The notes below the pieces were generated by a model, which made no database searches, was not told the origin of the DNA, and saw only the letters and a program-made list of their open reading frames with translations. DNA of 64,000 bases, from contig JBITAJ010000028.1 in assembly GCA_044440125.1 (NCBI GenBank), positions 192,001-256,000 of the forward strand, written 5' to 3'. The stretch is from Sedimentisphaeraceae bacterium JB056. Lineage in GTDB: Bacteria; Planctomycetota; Phycisphaerae; Sedimentisphaerales; Sedimentisphaeraceae. Below, one piece after another: positions 31,776 to 42,041 of the stretch; the first letter of the stretch is position 1, and each line of letters opens with the position of its first letter. A program made the translations under genes and the position numbers.

Positions 31776-32528
31776 ATGCAGCTAACATTGAACAGATCTT
31801 CAGTTGTTAATGTATTGGCAGATTTACAATCTGCCGTAGATAATGGTCTGAACAACGGTAGATTTATGCTTTGCAATCACAGATTAAGATACCGGGTAGA
31901 TCAGCGGAAGAAGATTGTTGAATTTGAAGTTATCAGACCGATGATGCGGGAGTATCGTATTAAGGGTGAAATAAGCAAAGCATCACACAACAGTTATAAT
32001 GTAGCTACTTTCATATCACCTGTTGAACTTATATCCACTATTATGTTCGGTATTTTTATGGTAACAATTTGGATTAGCCTGATTTTAAGCAGCGGAAACT
32101 TTTTCAATATCTTAATGCTTACTGGATTAGTTGCAATCTTAACATTCAATTATAAACACACCAATGGCAAAATAAAAAAGATATTTAAGCATCTAAAATT
32201 GAATACAGCCGATAAAATATCATCTATGGATGAAGGCCAAAAATTTGAACGCTTCATAGAGACAGATTCGGTTAAATGGGTATATGTTAAAAATGGAGAG
32301 TTAATTAAAAGAACACAAATTTCGGTAGGTATTGATCTGATTGCCATAGTTTGCATTATAGTTGGTTTCGTCTGCTTTTTTAATCTTGCTCCAATGCTTG
32401 CTGATATAATAAATCATGGGACACCTGAAAGAAACGAATGTATAAAATTATTCAAGTTGGCCGGGGTATTCTTGTTATGCGTATTTATTACAGCCTTGTC
32501 GCTATTTTCTCAACGCAAAAGAAGATAA
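31776..32528 (+). CDS. Hypothetical membrane protein (about 4 TM)
   Basis: 250-aa ORF with hydrophobic segments and AAGGGG RBS. Confidence 0.6.
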   Translation: MQLTLNRSSVVNVLADLQSAVDNGLNNGRFMLCNHRLRYRVDQRKKIVEFEVIRPMMREYRIKGEISKASHNSYNVATFISPVELISTIMFGIFMVTIWISLILSSGNFFNILMLTGLVAILTFNYKHTNGKIKKIFKHLKLNTADKISSMDEGQKFERFIETDSVKWVYVKNGELIKRTQISVGIDLIAIVCIIVGFVCFFNLAPMLADIINHGTPERNECIKLFKLAGVFLLCVFITALSLFSQRKRR

Positions 32529-32669
32529 TGCCTGAAAAGAATTTAATAAACTATAAAAACAAGAGTCTCGGAAGCTCAACATCTTTCGTAAATGAATTAA
32601 AGAACCTATACGGTTTCTAAAACTGGTAAAATTGGAATTATTTTAACAGTTGGGATATTGAGTTATTGA

Positions 32670-33629
32670 ATGAAAACAAATTCTATGCAAAAATATCTAT
32701 TCTACACACTATGTATTATGTTGCTGACGGCGGGTCTGACTGCTTCTGAGAATAACAATGCCACAACCTTAAAATCAGAAGAACTTATAGCCGACAGACA
32801 TTTTAAACGCGGCTTCAATGTTCTTGATCCAAAGCATGGTAAAGCTGTGATAAAAGGCCAGTTCAAAACTGACAAGGATAAAGAGCCTTCATGGAATATT
32901 GCACAATGGAACAGCAGATACGACATACTCGAAGGAAGTAAAAGCACAAGCGAAGATGGCGGCTGCATCTACAGAAATGAAGCCAAGAAAATAATGACAG
33001 GTGTTGACGATGCAGATTTGATACTATATATCAATTCGGTTATCGAATATGATAATAAGCTGCGGACTGACGGTCAGCCATGGCCTCATCTTCTGGTAGA
33101 ACAAAAACTCCAAACTCCTTCTCTGGCTAAACTCAAAAGGCTTGATTTCAATATATCTGTCAAAATCATAGAGTCGGAAACAATCAAGAGAGCAGGCTAT
33201 TCGAAAAATCTGCATACCGCTCATGTCCCTTACGTTCTGATTATTCAAAACGCAAATAAGCAATCAGCCGGATATGGTGATTTTATCTGGTTTATAGTTC
33301 CTTTGTATGATGACAGGTACGAGTATCCCAAGCCATATATTGCTCAGGACAAGGCTGACAAATCTGCAAAGATGATCTTCGATCCCGGCGGTCGAAAATA
33401 CTATTCAACCCCAACAGGAAGCGGAAAATGGGTAACTATAAATTGCGACCTTCTTCCAACTATTCTTGAAGCCCTCAAAACAGCATGGGATAAAGGATAT
33501 CTGGCTGACTCAAAAGATTTGGACGACTACAAAATAGCAAGTATGAATATGGGATGGGAAACTACCGGCTTAAATAAAGCCGGAATTGCTATTAAGGATT
33601 TATCATTGAGTGCCGTCACTTTACGCTGA
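32670..33629 (+). CDS. Exported hypothetical protein
   Basis: Signal peptide, Trp-rich (WNIAQWNSR, WPHLLVEQ, MNMGWE); possibly a carbohydrate-active fold. Confidence 0.7.
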   Translation: MKTNSMQKYLFYTLCIMLLTAGLTASENNNATTLKSEELIADRHFKRGFNVLDPKHGKAVIKGQFKTDKDKEPSWNIAQWNSRYDILEGSKSTSEDGGCIYRNEAKKIMTGVDDADLILYINSVIEYDNKLRTDGQPWPHLLVEQKLQTPSLAKLKRLDFNISVKIIESETIKRAGYSKNLHTAHVPYVLIIQNANKQSAGYGDFIWFIVPLYDDRYEYPKPYIAQDKADKSAKMIFDPGGRKYYSTPTGSGKWVTINCDLLPTILEALKTAWDKGYLADSKDLDDYKIASMNMGWETTGLNKAGIAIKDLSLSAVTLR

Positions 33630-33651
33630 TACTGCAAAATAACTAAGCTGC

Positions 33652-34011
33652 TTAAGCCTTCTTTGTTTTGAGCCAGAACCATAATAGTAAAATTATCAGT
33701 TGCAGAATAACAACTGCCCAGAATTTCAGTCTGAAACTCTTCTTTTTTGTTTTATGCCTAAAAATCTGCTGGCCTAATATTGAGCCAATACTTCCGCCAA
33801 TCGCCGCCCAAGCCAGCAAAACTGCCTCCGGCACTCTTGTTTTCTGCCTTCTTGCCCGCATTTTATCATAGCCGTACAATAGGAACGCTGCAATATTTAT
33901 TGCGGTAAATACACTCCAAAATACGCCAATGTAATTTTTCAAAAACAAGCCGCACCCTGCCGCAATCAGCATTATTATAAAAACAGCTGTATTTGTTCTC
34001 TTATCCAACAT
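33652..34011 (-). CDS. DUF1294 family membrane protein
   Basis: LYGYDK..A....RVPE..L....GGSIG......FRHKTKK. Confidence 0.88.
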   Translation of the reverse strand: MLDKRTNTAVFIIMLIAAGCGLFLKNYIGVFWSVFTAINIAAFLLYGYDKMRARRQKTRVPEAVLLAWAAIGGSIGSILGQQIFRHKTKKKSFRLKFWAVVILQLIILLLWFWLKTKKA

Positions 34012-34327
34012 CAATTTATAAATACCATGCCTAAGATTCTCTATTCCACCGAATTACGCAAACAATGCCCTCGTACCAGTTTACAATTATAAATAGATTG
34101 AGAGATTTTAAAATACCTTTTTTACAATCGCTTAAGATTGGCCTTTGAAAAAGAAACTGCAAAAGCTACTCATACAGAACCGAAACTAACAACAACACGA
34201 AACGAACAAAATAGCACAGAAAAATACATTTAAACTTGATTTAAACTATTTTTCTTGTATCATTGACTATTAAATGAGTAATTATTCAAACAACTTCAAA
34301 CATTTTTAATTTTGTTTCGGTTTAATC

Positions 34328-35107
34328 ATGGGATTACTTGCAGAAAACAGATACAATTACATTTTAGAACAGCTCAGAGCCAACGGACGAATAAAAGTCT
34401 GCGAAGTAGCTAAAGAGCTGGACGTTACAGAAGTTACTATCCGAAGAGATCTAAGCGCCATGCAGCGTGACGGCATACTGAAAAAGACTTACGGCGGTGC
34501 AGTGCTTGTAGGCCCCGCTGACAACAATATCTTTCTGTCCACGCGTAAGACAAAGAACATTCAGGCCAAAAAGACGATCGGCAAACTTGCCGCGGATATG
34601 GTTCATGATGGTGAGAACATCTATCTCGAAGCGGGAAGTACCTGCAACGAAATCATTCCTTATCTGGCTGATAAAAATGGGCTTACAATCATCGTTAACT
34701 CTATAAATCTTATGATGAGACTTCACGAACAGCCGCAGCACAAGGTGATAATTACCGGCGGTCAATACCGCCCTGAGACGATGGACATGATCGGACCTGC
34801 CGCTGAGGCCACAATAAAGCAGCTTGGCGGATTCACTGCTTTCACAAGCGCCGATGACATCAGCATTGATTCAGGTATAAGCGGTGCCGACATCGCAACT
34901 GTAAGCTTTACGAAGGTCATCTTGAAACGTGCGGCAAGAGCAATATTCGTCGGAACAAGACGCAAATTCGACCGCGCGGCTCTATACAAAATCGCAGACC
35001 TCTCCGACCTTGAAGCAATTATAACGGATGTAGAGCCAAGCAACCAGTGGCACGTAGCAGCCCAGCAAAACAACGTAAAGCTAATATTCCCCGAAGACGC
35101 TGAATAA
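34328..35107 (+). CDS. DeoR/GlpR family transcriptional regulator
   Basis: VTEVTIRRDL, KTYGGA, IYLEAGST. Confidence 0.93.
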   Translation: MGLLAENRYNYILEQLRANGRIKVCEVAKELDVTEVTIRRDLSAMQRDGILKKTYGGAVLVGPADNNIFLSTRKTKNIQAKKTIGKLAADMVHDGENIYLEAGSTCNEIIPYLADKNGLTIIVNSINLMMRLHEQPQHKVIITGGQYRPETMDMIGPAAEATIKQLGGFTAFTSADDISIDSGISGADIATVSFTKVILKRAARAIFVGTRRKFDRAALYKIADLSDLEAIITDVEPSNQWHVAAQQNNVKLIFPEDAE

Positions 35108-35114
35108 AAAAAAC

Positions 35115-35158
35115 AAAAACCGGCGGCAAGTTTTATATAATTTGCCGCCGGTTTTTTT
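35115..35158. terminator. Bidirectional intrinsic terminator
   Basis: AAAAACCGGCGGCAA-loop-TTGCCGCCGGTTTTTTT between convergent genes. Confidence 0.88.
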
Positions 35159-35918
35159 AATTGCTGTAATAAAACCTTACATCCCCCTGCGTAACCGGCT
35201 CAAGCTTGCGCCATTTAGTCCAACCACCGGAACCGTCAAGCTTTGACACGCAAAGCCCCTCAGGCTTTGGGTCAAATTTCTTGATTCCAGGCTCATATAT
35301 CTGCCCGATGCCATTTTTAACATGCGGCATTTTAGCACCCCAACTGCCTCCGGTAGACACGCTGTCCCAATGAAAGCAAGTCATTATAGTATCGGAAGTT
35401 ATACGTTTCCCGCCATCACTTGCACGTACCGGTGTTTTATATATCGTACCATCCTCCAGCCGAGGCGTATAAGAGCTGCCGTCTTTATCGAAACGCCTGC
35501 CCATATATATGTAGCCCACAAGTGTGCCGCCAAGCTTGAAATTGTCATCATCAAAACCTTTCGGTTCCTTGAAAAACTCATCTTCCCACCTCTTCCATGA
35601 TGTACACATGCCAAGTTCGGTAGTAAGTGCGTATTGCTGATTAAGGACAAGACAAGTCGCAAAATTCATATCTGTCCACCCCTCCGGCTGACTCTGATCC
35701 GACCAGATATTACCCATAGGCAGATAATCATCATAATCGCTGGCATACAGATAACCCGCATTATAACACTGCCGTATATTCGATATACACAGCAGTCGAT
35801 TCGCCCGATCTTTGGATTTAGCCAAAACCGGAACCATTATCGCCATCAAAACCGCTATTATGGATATTACCACCAATAATTCGATAAGTGTAAACGCTTT
35901 ATATTTTTTGCTGTCCAT
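35157..35918 (-). CDS. Prepilin-type N-terminal cleavage/methylation domain protein
   Basis: KAFTLIELLVVISIIAVLMAIMVP, CISNIRQ; C-terminal LDGS. Confidence 0.85.
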   Translation of the reverse strand: MDSKKYKAFTLIELLVVISIIAVLMAIMVPVLAKSKDRANRLLCISNIRQCYNAGYLYASDYDDYLPMGNIWSDQSQPEGWTDMNFATCLVLNQQYALTTELGMCTSWKRWEDEFFKEPKGFDDDNFKLGGTLVGYIYMGRRFDKDGSSYTPRLEDGTIYKTPVRASDGGKRITSDTIMTCFHWDSVSTGGSWGAKMPHVKNGIGQIYEPGIKKFDPKPEGLCVSKLDGSGGWTKWRKLEPVTQGDVRFYYSN

Positions 35919-36181
35919 GTTCTCTTTCCTCAAAAGATAATATCAAAATATCACAGTACTCACATTATCTAATACAAACTGCCGCAGATAACGTTACACA
36001 AAATCCCTGCATGTCGGGATTTTTTCAGAGAAGATTTGCCGATTTTGTGATATAATACAGTTAGAGTAAGTGGTGGGATTGCATTATAACAGACCATCAG
36101 AGTCGCAACAGTGATGGAGCGGACAGATTACTCTCAGACAGTTTTGATCATGATGCTTTAGAGAAAGAGAGGTGAGATAAT

Positions 36182-36724
36182 ATGGACCCTGTAATCAAGA
36201 AAAAATTACTGGACATAGTGAGGGAAGCCGTAAAAGCCGCGGTTTGCGGCAAGAAATATCAAATCCCAAGAATAGACGACCCCGAACTTCTGGAGCACAG
36301 AGGCTGCTTTGTTACATTAAAGACAGAAGACAGATTAAGAGGCTGCATCGGTGTATTCATGTCTAACAAGCCTTTGGTAGAGCTTGCGGTGGAGATGGCG
36401 TATTCATCTGCAACTGACGATCCTCGTTTTGAATTCGACCGTCTTGTCCCACAGGATATGAAAGACCTTCAGATAGAAATATCAGTCCTTTCAAAACTCC
36501 AAAAGACCAATAACCCATTGAGTCTTGAGCTTGGCAAACACGGCATCTACATCAAAAAAGGCCACCAAACAGGCTGCTTTCTACCGCAGGTAGCCACTGA
36601 AACAGGCTGGAGCAAAGAGGAGTTTCTGTCTTACTGCTGTTCGCATAAAGCAGGACTCGCCCGACACGACTGGCAGGAAGACGACACAGACGTATACCTC
36701 TTCACCGCAGAGATAATCAAGTAG
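36182..36724 (+). CDS. AmmeMemoRadiSam system protein A (AMMECR1 domain)
   Basis: GCFVTL...LRGCIG, DPRF, IEISVLS, FLPQVA, KAGL. Confidence 0.92.
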   Translation: MDPVIKKKLLDIVREAVKAAVCGKKYQIPRIDDPELLEHRGCFVTLKTEDRLRGCIGVFMSNKPLVELAVEMAYSSATDDPRFEFDRLVPQDMKDLQIEISVLSKLQKTNNPLSLELGKHGIYIKKGHQTGCFLPQVATETGWSKEEFLSYCCSHKAGLARHDWQEDDTDVYLFTAEIIK

Positions 36725-36726
36725 AA

Positions 36727-37764
36727 TCAATGCATCCGTGAACCGGCACCGCTGCCGATACTTCGCCCAATGCTTCTGATTCTGCCTGCCATGCATCCTC
36801 GACACTGCTTTGCCGTCTCATAAATGCAGGCCTTAGATGGATATATCTCATAATACTGACGATATTCTGTCGGCGTGATATTCGGCATAAGCACATTGGC
36901 ACCACGGCACAACCCCTTCTCTCTTCCGTCAGCGATATTGATAGAGGCAAGAGCTGTTGTCGCAGGTATATTCGCCTGAGGACACACGATTCTCGCAAGT
37001 GCAATAACCTTATAACACATCTGTTCACTCGCTCTGACCTGCTGATCATTCGCAAGCAAATATCTCTCCGGCTCTCTGCCCAGCAAGGTATCAGGATGAG
37101 CGATATACGGACCAACCCCTATCATGTCAAGATCAAGTTCAGCAAATGTAAGTATATCGTTCGCCAGATCATTGAAACTTTGCCCCGGCAAACCGATCAT
37201 TACCCCGCTGCCAATCTCATAGCCTATATCTCGCAATCGCCTCAGCATCTCTATACGATCAAACGCCTCCCTTCCTTTTAGCGGCGGATGAATAAGATCA
37301 TAAAGTTTCCTGTTCGAAGTCTCAAACCGCAAAAGATAGCGATCGGCTCCGGCCTTCTTCCAGCCGACAAGCTCCTCCTGACTGCGTTCTCCAAGACTAA
37401 GCGTAACGGCAAGCCCAAAATCATCCTTTATCTTTCTGATGATTCTTTCAACGAACTCATAACCAATACCCTCATCCTCACCCGCCTGCATCACAATCGT
37501 TCCATACCCATAGTCAGAAGCCTCTTTCACACACTCCATGATCTCTTCGTAGGAAATTCTGTAACGGGTGATGCCCGAGTTGCCCGCATTGATTCCGCAA
37601 TACCCGCAAAACCTCTTACAGTTATTGGAAATTTCAAGCAGACCTCTGAGATGAACCGCATCGCCTACATTGGATGCCCTCACCTCATCAGCCCGCCTGA
37701 ACAATCTCTCAAGAACTCCTTCTCTATCTTCTTTTAGCCAATTCAATATTTCATCTTTACCCAT
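36727..37764 (-). CDS. hydE: [FeFe]-hydrogenase H-cluster maturase HydE-like radical SAM enzyme
   Basis: RGLLEISNNCKRFCGYCG, GSGVMIGLPGQ, PATTAL, GANVLMPN, YEIYPSK, C-terminal Cx7Cx2C. Confidence 0.85.
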   Translation of the reverse strand: MGKDEILNWLKEDREGVLERLFRRADEVRASNVGDAVHLRGLLEISNNCKRFCGYCGINAGNSGITRYRISYEEIMECVKEASDYGYGTIVMQAGEDEGIGYEFVERIIRKIKDDFGLAVTLSLGERSQEELVGWKKAGADRYLLRFETSNRKLYDLIHPPLKGREAFDRIEMLRRLRDIGYEIGSGVMIGLPGQSFNDLANDILTFAELDLDMIGVGPYIAHPDTLLGREPERYLLANDQQVRASEQMCYKVIALARIVCPQANIPATTALASINIADGREKGLCRGANVLMPNITPTEYRQYYEIYPSKACIYETAKQCRGCMAGRIRSIGRSIGSGAGSRMH

Positions 37765-37803
37765 AAAATTTCTCCCATTTAAAAAGATGAGATCAAGAAC
37801 AGA

Positions 37804-39102
37804 TTAATCCTGTGATATCTTTATAGCCTGATCCAAGTCGACGATTATATCGTCAGCATTCTCTATTCCGACAGAAAGCCTTATATACTCATCCGTAACG
37901 CCGGTCGAGGCTTTCTCCTGATCGTTAAGCTGTGAATGAGTCGTGGAAGCGGGGTGTATTATAAGCGTCTTGGCATCGCCGATATTCGCCAGATGGCTTG
38001 CAAGCTTAACATTATTGATAAGCTTCTTACCAGCTTCAAGACCGCCCTTAATACCGAAACCAATAATCGCTCCGAAACCTGAACTGAAATATTTTTTCGC
38101 ATTGTCATGATTCTTATGACTCTCAAGCCCGGGATAGTTGACCCACTCAACTGACCGATTTCCTTCCAGCCACCTGGCAATCTTCAAAGCATTTTTTGTA
38201 TGTCGCTCCATACGCACATCAAGTGTCTCAAGGCCAAGCAGGAACAGAAAGCTGCCGAACGGACTAAGACACGCGCCCGTATCCCTGAGCCAGTGCGTTC
38301 GTACATGAGTTATGTACGCGATATTCCCCAAAGGCTTCAGAGCCTCCGTAAACACAACTCCATGATAGGCAGGGTCGGGAGCGGTAAACTCCGGCCACCT
38401 CTTGGCATCCTTAGTCCAGTCGAAATTCCCGCTGTCAACTATGGCTCCGCCTATATGAACGCCGTGACCACCGATAAATTTTGTCGTTGAATACACGACT
38501 ATATCCGCACCGTGTTCTATCGGACGAAACAACGCCGGAGTAAGCACAGTATTATCCACGATCACAGGCAATCCTTTACTATGGGCAGCATCAGTTATCT
38601 TCCTGAAATCCGGCACATCATTCTTAGGGTTGCCGACAGATTCAAGATATACAGCTCTCGTATTCTCATCAGCAAGCTGGGCTATTTTCTCAGGCTCTTG
38701 GGGTGAGAACTGCCTCACCTCAACGCCAAGATTCTTGAACGTCTGTGTAAACAGTGTCCACGTACCGCCATAGAGACTCGTAGACGCAATTATATTCTGC
38801 CCGCTGTGAGCGATACTCAGAATTGCCGCCGTTATCGCCGCTTGTCCACTCGCAAATGCGAGAGCACCAACACCGCCGTCAAGAGCCGCCAGACGTTTCT
38901 CAAGCACATCCGTAGTCGGATTCATCAGACGTGAATAGATGTTGCCAAACTGCTTAAGGCCGAAAAGATCAGCCGCATGGTCGGTGTTTTCAAAATTATA
39001 CGATGCGGTTGCGTATATCGGAACCGCCCTCGAATGCGTCACTGGGTCATCAACCTGACCGGCATGCAACACATTGGTTGAAAAATGATATTCGTTGTTC
39101 AT
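37804..39102 (-). CDS. metY: O-acetylhomoserine aminocarboxypropyltransferase/cysteine synthase
   Basis: GNIYSRLMNPT, STTKFIGGHG (PLP lysine), HLANIGDAKTLIIHPASTTH. Confidence 0.92.
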   Translation of the reverse strand: MNNEYHFSTNVLHAGQVDDPVTHSRAVPIYATASYNFENTDHAADLFGLKQFGNIYSRLMNPTTDVLEKRLAALDGGVGALAFASGQAAITAAILSIAHSGQNIIASTSLYGGTWTLFTQTFKNLGVEVRQFSPQEPEKIAQLADENTRAVYLESVGNPKNDVPDFRKITDAAHSKGLPVIVDNTVLTPALFRPIEHGADIVVYSTTKFIGGHGVHIGGAIVDSGNFDWTKDAKRWPEFTAPDPAYHGVVFTEALKPLGNIAYITHVRTHWLRDTGACLSPFGSFLFLLGLETLDVRMERHTKNALKIARWLEGNRSVEWVNYPGLESHKNHDNAKKYFSSGFGAIIGFGIKGGLEAGKKLINNVKLASHLANIGDAKTLIIHPASTTHSQLNDQEKASTGVTDEYIRLSVGIENADDIIVDLDQAIKISQD

Positions 39103-39140
39103 TATTATCTCCCGTTAATTATCTTTAGAATCAGCCGCCC

Positions 39141-40091
39141 TCACGCGGTTATATGATCGAACAATACTGTCGACAGATACCGCTCACCGAAACTCGGCAG
39201 TATCACGATAATATTTTTGTCTTTATTCTCCGGCCGTCTTGCCACTATATCAGCCGCACGAAGAGCCGCACCTGATGATATACCCACAAACAAACCTTCT
39301 TTCAACGCCGCCATTCGGGCCCACTCAATGGCCTCATCCTGATCAACAGCAACAACCTCATCAAGAAGATCAAGTCTTAGGATCTTCGGAATAAAACCGG
39401 CACCGATTCCCTGTATCTTATGAGGACCGGGTTTTGGTGTCTGCCCGGCAAGCGTCTGAGTAATAACAGGGCTTTGAGCCGGCTCAACAGCTATCGCCTT
39501 GAAATCAGGATTGATTGACTTGAACAACTCTGTTATACCGGTTATCGTACCGCCGGTACCGACACCTGAAATCAAAATATCTGCCTTACCGCTGGCACTG
39601 GCCCAAATCTCTTTTGCTGTAGTCAATTTATGAGCTAACGGGTTGGCTGGATTATCAAACTGACCGGCAATAAAAGAATCTTTCTCCGACTCAGCAAATT
39701 GCTCAGCAGCCTTCACCGCCCCGCTCATGCCTTCTGACGCCGGAGTGAGAATAAGCTCGGCACCAAGTGCCTTAAGCACCTTCCGCCTCTCAATACTCAT
39801 CGACTCCGGCATGGTAAGCATCAATCGTATACCTTTGACTGCACATACAAACGCAAGAGCAATACCGGTGTTGCCACTGGTAGCCTCGACGACCATTCCT
39901 TTCTCTGTAAGCCGGCCGTCTTTTAGAGCGGTATCAATTATTGAAAGACCGATTCTGTCCTTAACCGATGCAAGCGGATTGCGTGCCTCGATTTTGGCAA
40001 GTACATTAGCCCGGCTGTTAATGATCTTATTTACGCGAACAAGAGGAGTTCGCCCGATTGTCTCTGTTATGTCGTTGTATATGCCGTTCAT
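39141..40091 (-). CDS. cysK: Cysteine synthase A
   Basis: NPLASVKDRI, EATSGNTG, GVGTGGT, PHKIQGIG, PSFGERYLST; start MNGIY behind GAAGGAG. Confidence 0.96.
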   Translation of the reverse strand: MNGIYNDITETIGRTPLVRVNKIINSRANVLAKIEARNPLASVKDRIGLSIIDTALKDGRLTEKGMVVEATSGNTGIALAFVCAVKGIRLMLTMPESMSIERRKVLKALGAELILTPASEGMSGAVKAAEQFAESEKDSFIAGQFDNPANPLAHKLTTAKEIWASASGKADILISGVGTGGTITGITELFKSINPDFKAIAVEPAQSPVITQTLAGQTPKPGPHKIQGIGAGFIPKILRLDLLDEVVAVDQDEAIEWARMAALKEGLFVGISSGAALRAADIVARRPENKDKNIIVILPSFGERYLSTVLFDHITA

Positions 40092-40173
40092 GATCAACTC
40101 CTTCACTGTGTCATTCTACTTTACTTTTTCGAGTTTGAAATACAATTGATAATAGAACTAACGATACCACTGA

Positions 40174-41112
40174 TTAGAACTCGTATTTGACCTGAAGCCA
40201 CCAGGCCCCATCTTCTCTTCCATTTGCAAGATTACCCAAAGCTCCCCAACCGGCAACAATCGTTGTCTGTGAATCAAGAATCAGACTTGCATCTATTGCG
40301 TGCCAGTTATCCTCATCACCTACAAGGCCCGGAATCTTATCATATGGGTTCGCCTTCTGTCTGAATTCATAAGCCAAGATAACATTGTCCGCAGGGCAGG
40401 TTACCACACTGCCTTCGAATGTCGTAGTACGATCATCTCCAAAACCAAGTAAACCAATCTGTGCGGCTGAGCTGTTTCGCAAACCACCCGTCAAAATCAC
40501 AGGACGCCCAAACAAACCGGCGCCTTCTATCTTCTTGCTGGCGGTAAGCGTATAATCAACGCCGTAATCCCTTTCATAACCGATTCCCGAAAGTGCACCG
40601 GAAAGCTTATTGTCAATACTGTCGATACCATCATTGATTTTGAAATGGACACCCGCAGTTATAGCCGGAAACCAGCCCTGAGGGTCTTCCTCAAACAATA
40701 ACCCTCTCAGATTGAAATGGTGCAGGTACACCTGATTACGATCTATATCGATTCCTGTAGCATCCTCAATATCATCGGGCAGATCACCAAGCCCAAGCCT
40801 TTGAAAGCCATAACCAAATTCAATACGCCCATCAAATGCCTGAGTTATTGTTATTGCCTGCAGGTTCTTCTTACCTGCGATAATGTTCGATATGGCTATC
40901 GAAGGTTTTGACTTACCGTCAACCTGCTCAGGATTTACGATGTAAGCGATAGGTGTTATTGCACCACCGCCGACACCCTCAATAGAGTGAAACGGAAGCG
41001 GCGGGCACTCTACTTCGCATTCAGATGTTTTCTCCGAATCAGCCGCCCAAACTAATCCGGGCAATACAGTCAGCAAGATTACTTTTCCTAATAAGTTCAG
41101 TCTTTTGTTCAT
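40174..41112 (-). CDS. DUF3034-like outer-membrane beta-barrel protein
   Basis: Signal peptide, SIEGVGGGAITP motif, AYEFRQK, terminal YEF. Confidence 0.7.
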   Translation of the reverse strand: MNKRLNLLGKVILLTVLPGLVWAADSEKTSECEVECPPLPFHSIEGVGGGAITPIAYIVNPEQVDGKSKPSIAISNIIAGKKNLQAITITQAFDGRIEFGYGFQRLGLGDLPDDIEDATGIDIDRNQVYLHHFNLRGLLFEEDPQGWFPAITAGVHFKINDGIDSIDNKLSGALSGIGYERDYGVDYTLTASKKIEGAGLFGRPVILTGGLRNSSAAQIGLLGFGDDRTTTFEGSVVTCPADNVILAYEFRQKANPYDKIPGLVGDEDNWHAIDASLILDSQTTIVAGWGALGNLANGREDGAWWLQVKYEF

Positions 41113-41144
41113 TTGTCTTCCTTTGTAATAAATAATAAAAACAC

Positions 41145-41178
41145 AATCTACACTATGTCAATTATATTAGTGTAGATT
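41145..41178. promoter_or_regulatory. Candidate Rrf2 operator in divergent promoter region
   Basis: AATCTACACTA-N12-TAGTGTAGATT, perfect 11-bp arms. Confidence 0.55.
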
Positions 41179-41352
41179 ATATCTCAAGTCAACCATATTT
41201 TTAAACAAAAAAGACAAAAACACTCAAACTCTTTATTCACAAGACATTAAAGGCATAAAAAAATATATCACGTCATCTTCATTGACTTAATAGGGAATAA
41301 TTGATACAATTCTACAGTAATTATTTGAACTAAAGATTATTTTGGAGAGAAA

Positions 41353-41802
41353 ATGAACCTTTCACAAAAATGTCAATATGCGATTAGATCACTGCTTGAA
41401 CTGTCAAAATTTTACGGCGAAGGCCCTGTAAGAATCAGCAAGATAGCAGATAAGCAAGCTATTCCCCCCCGATTCCTGGAAAACATACTAAACGAACTGA
41501 AATCTACAAACATGATAGAATCCAGACGAGGCGCTCACGGCGGCTATATGCTGATCAAAAGACCTGATAAAATAACCGTAGGTGAGATAATTAGACTGAT
41601 CGATGGACCGCTTGATCCCGTTCAGTGCATAGGAGACAAAAACAACCCCAATTGCCCGCTGCGTGGAAAGTGTGCGTTGATAAATCTATGGAAGAGGGCG
41701 AAATCTGCGATAGAAGAAGTTTACGACTCAACAACATTCGCAGATCTTGTAGAAGAGGAAAATCAGCTCAACTGCTCAGACTTCCCGGACTACTGCATCT
41801 GA
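41353..41802 (+). CDS. Rrf2 family transcriptional regulator (CymR/IscR-like)
   Basis: QYAIRSL, IPPRFLENIL, SRRGAHGGY, three Cys (C..CPLRGKC). Confidence 0.93.
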   Translation: MNLSQKCQYAIRSLLELSKFYGEGPVRISKIADKQAIPPRFLENILNELKSTNMIESRRGAHGGYMLIKRPDKITVGEIIRLIDGPLDPVQCIGDKNNPNCPLRGKCALINLWKRAKSAIEEVYDSTTFADLVEEENQLNCSDFPDYCI

Positions 41803-41973
41803 TAAACCGATAATCCAAAACCAGGAACCAACGATATAAAGAATGAAACTTACAATAAGATCAATAATGCCATCGACTATAGGCTTCGACCAACTCAACG
41901 AAAAATAATATTTAATGCAATCAAAAAGCTATTTACCAATTTCCATTAAAGCTTTTTGGCAATAGAATACCCT

Positions 41974-42001
41974 TTGACATGACAGGCAAATAAAATATAA
42001 T
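41974..42001 (+). promoter_or_regulatory. Consensus sigma70 promoter
   Basis: TTGACA-N16-TATAAT upstream of the YcxB-like gene. Confidence 0.7.
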
Positions 42002-42041
42002 ACGTTCATTGGATGTTTTTATTGGCAGGAGTTTTTTTCAG

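Noticed and set aside
36182..37764. AMMECR1 gene plus adjacent radical SAM as a complete AmmeMemoRadiSam system
   Set aside because: The radical SAM is HydE-type and convergent, and no MEMO gene is present.
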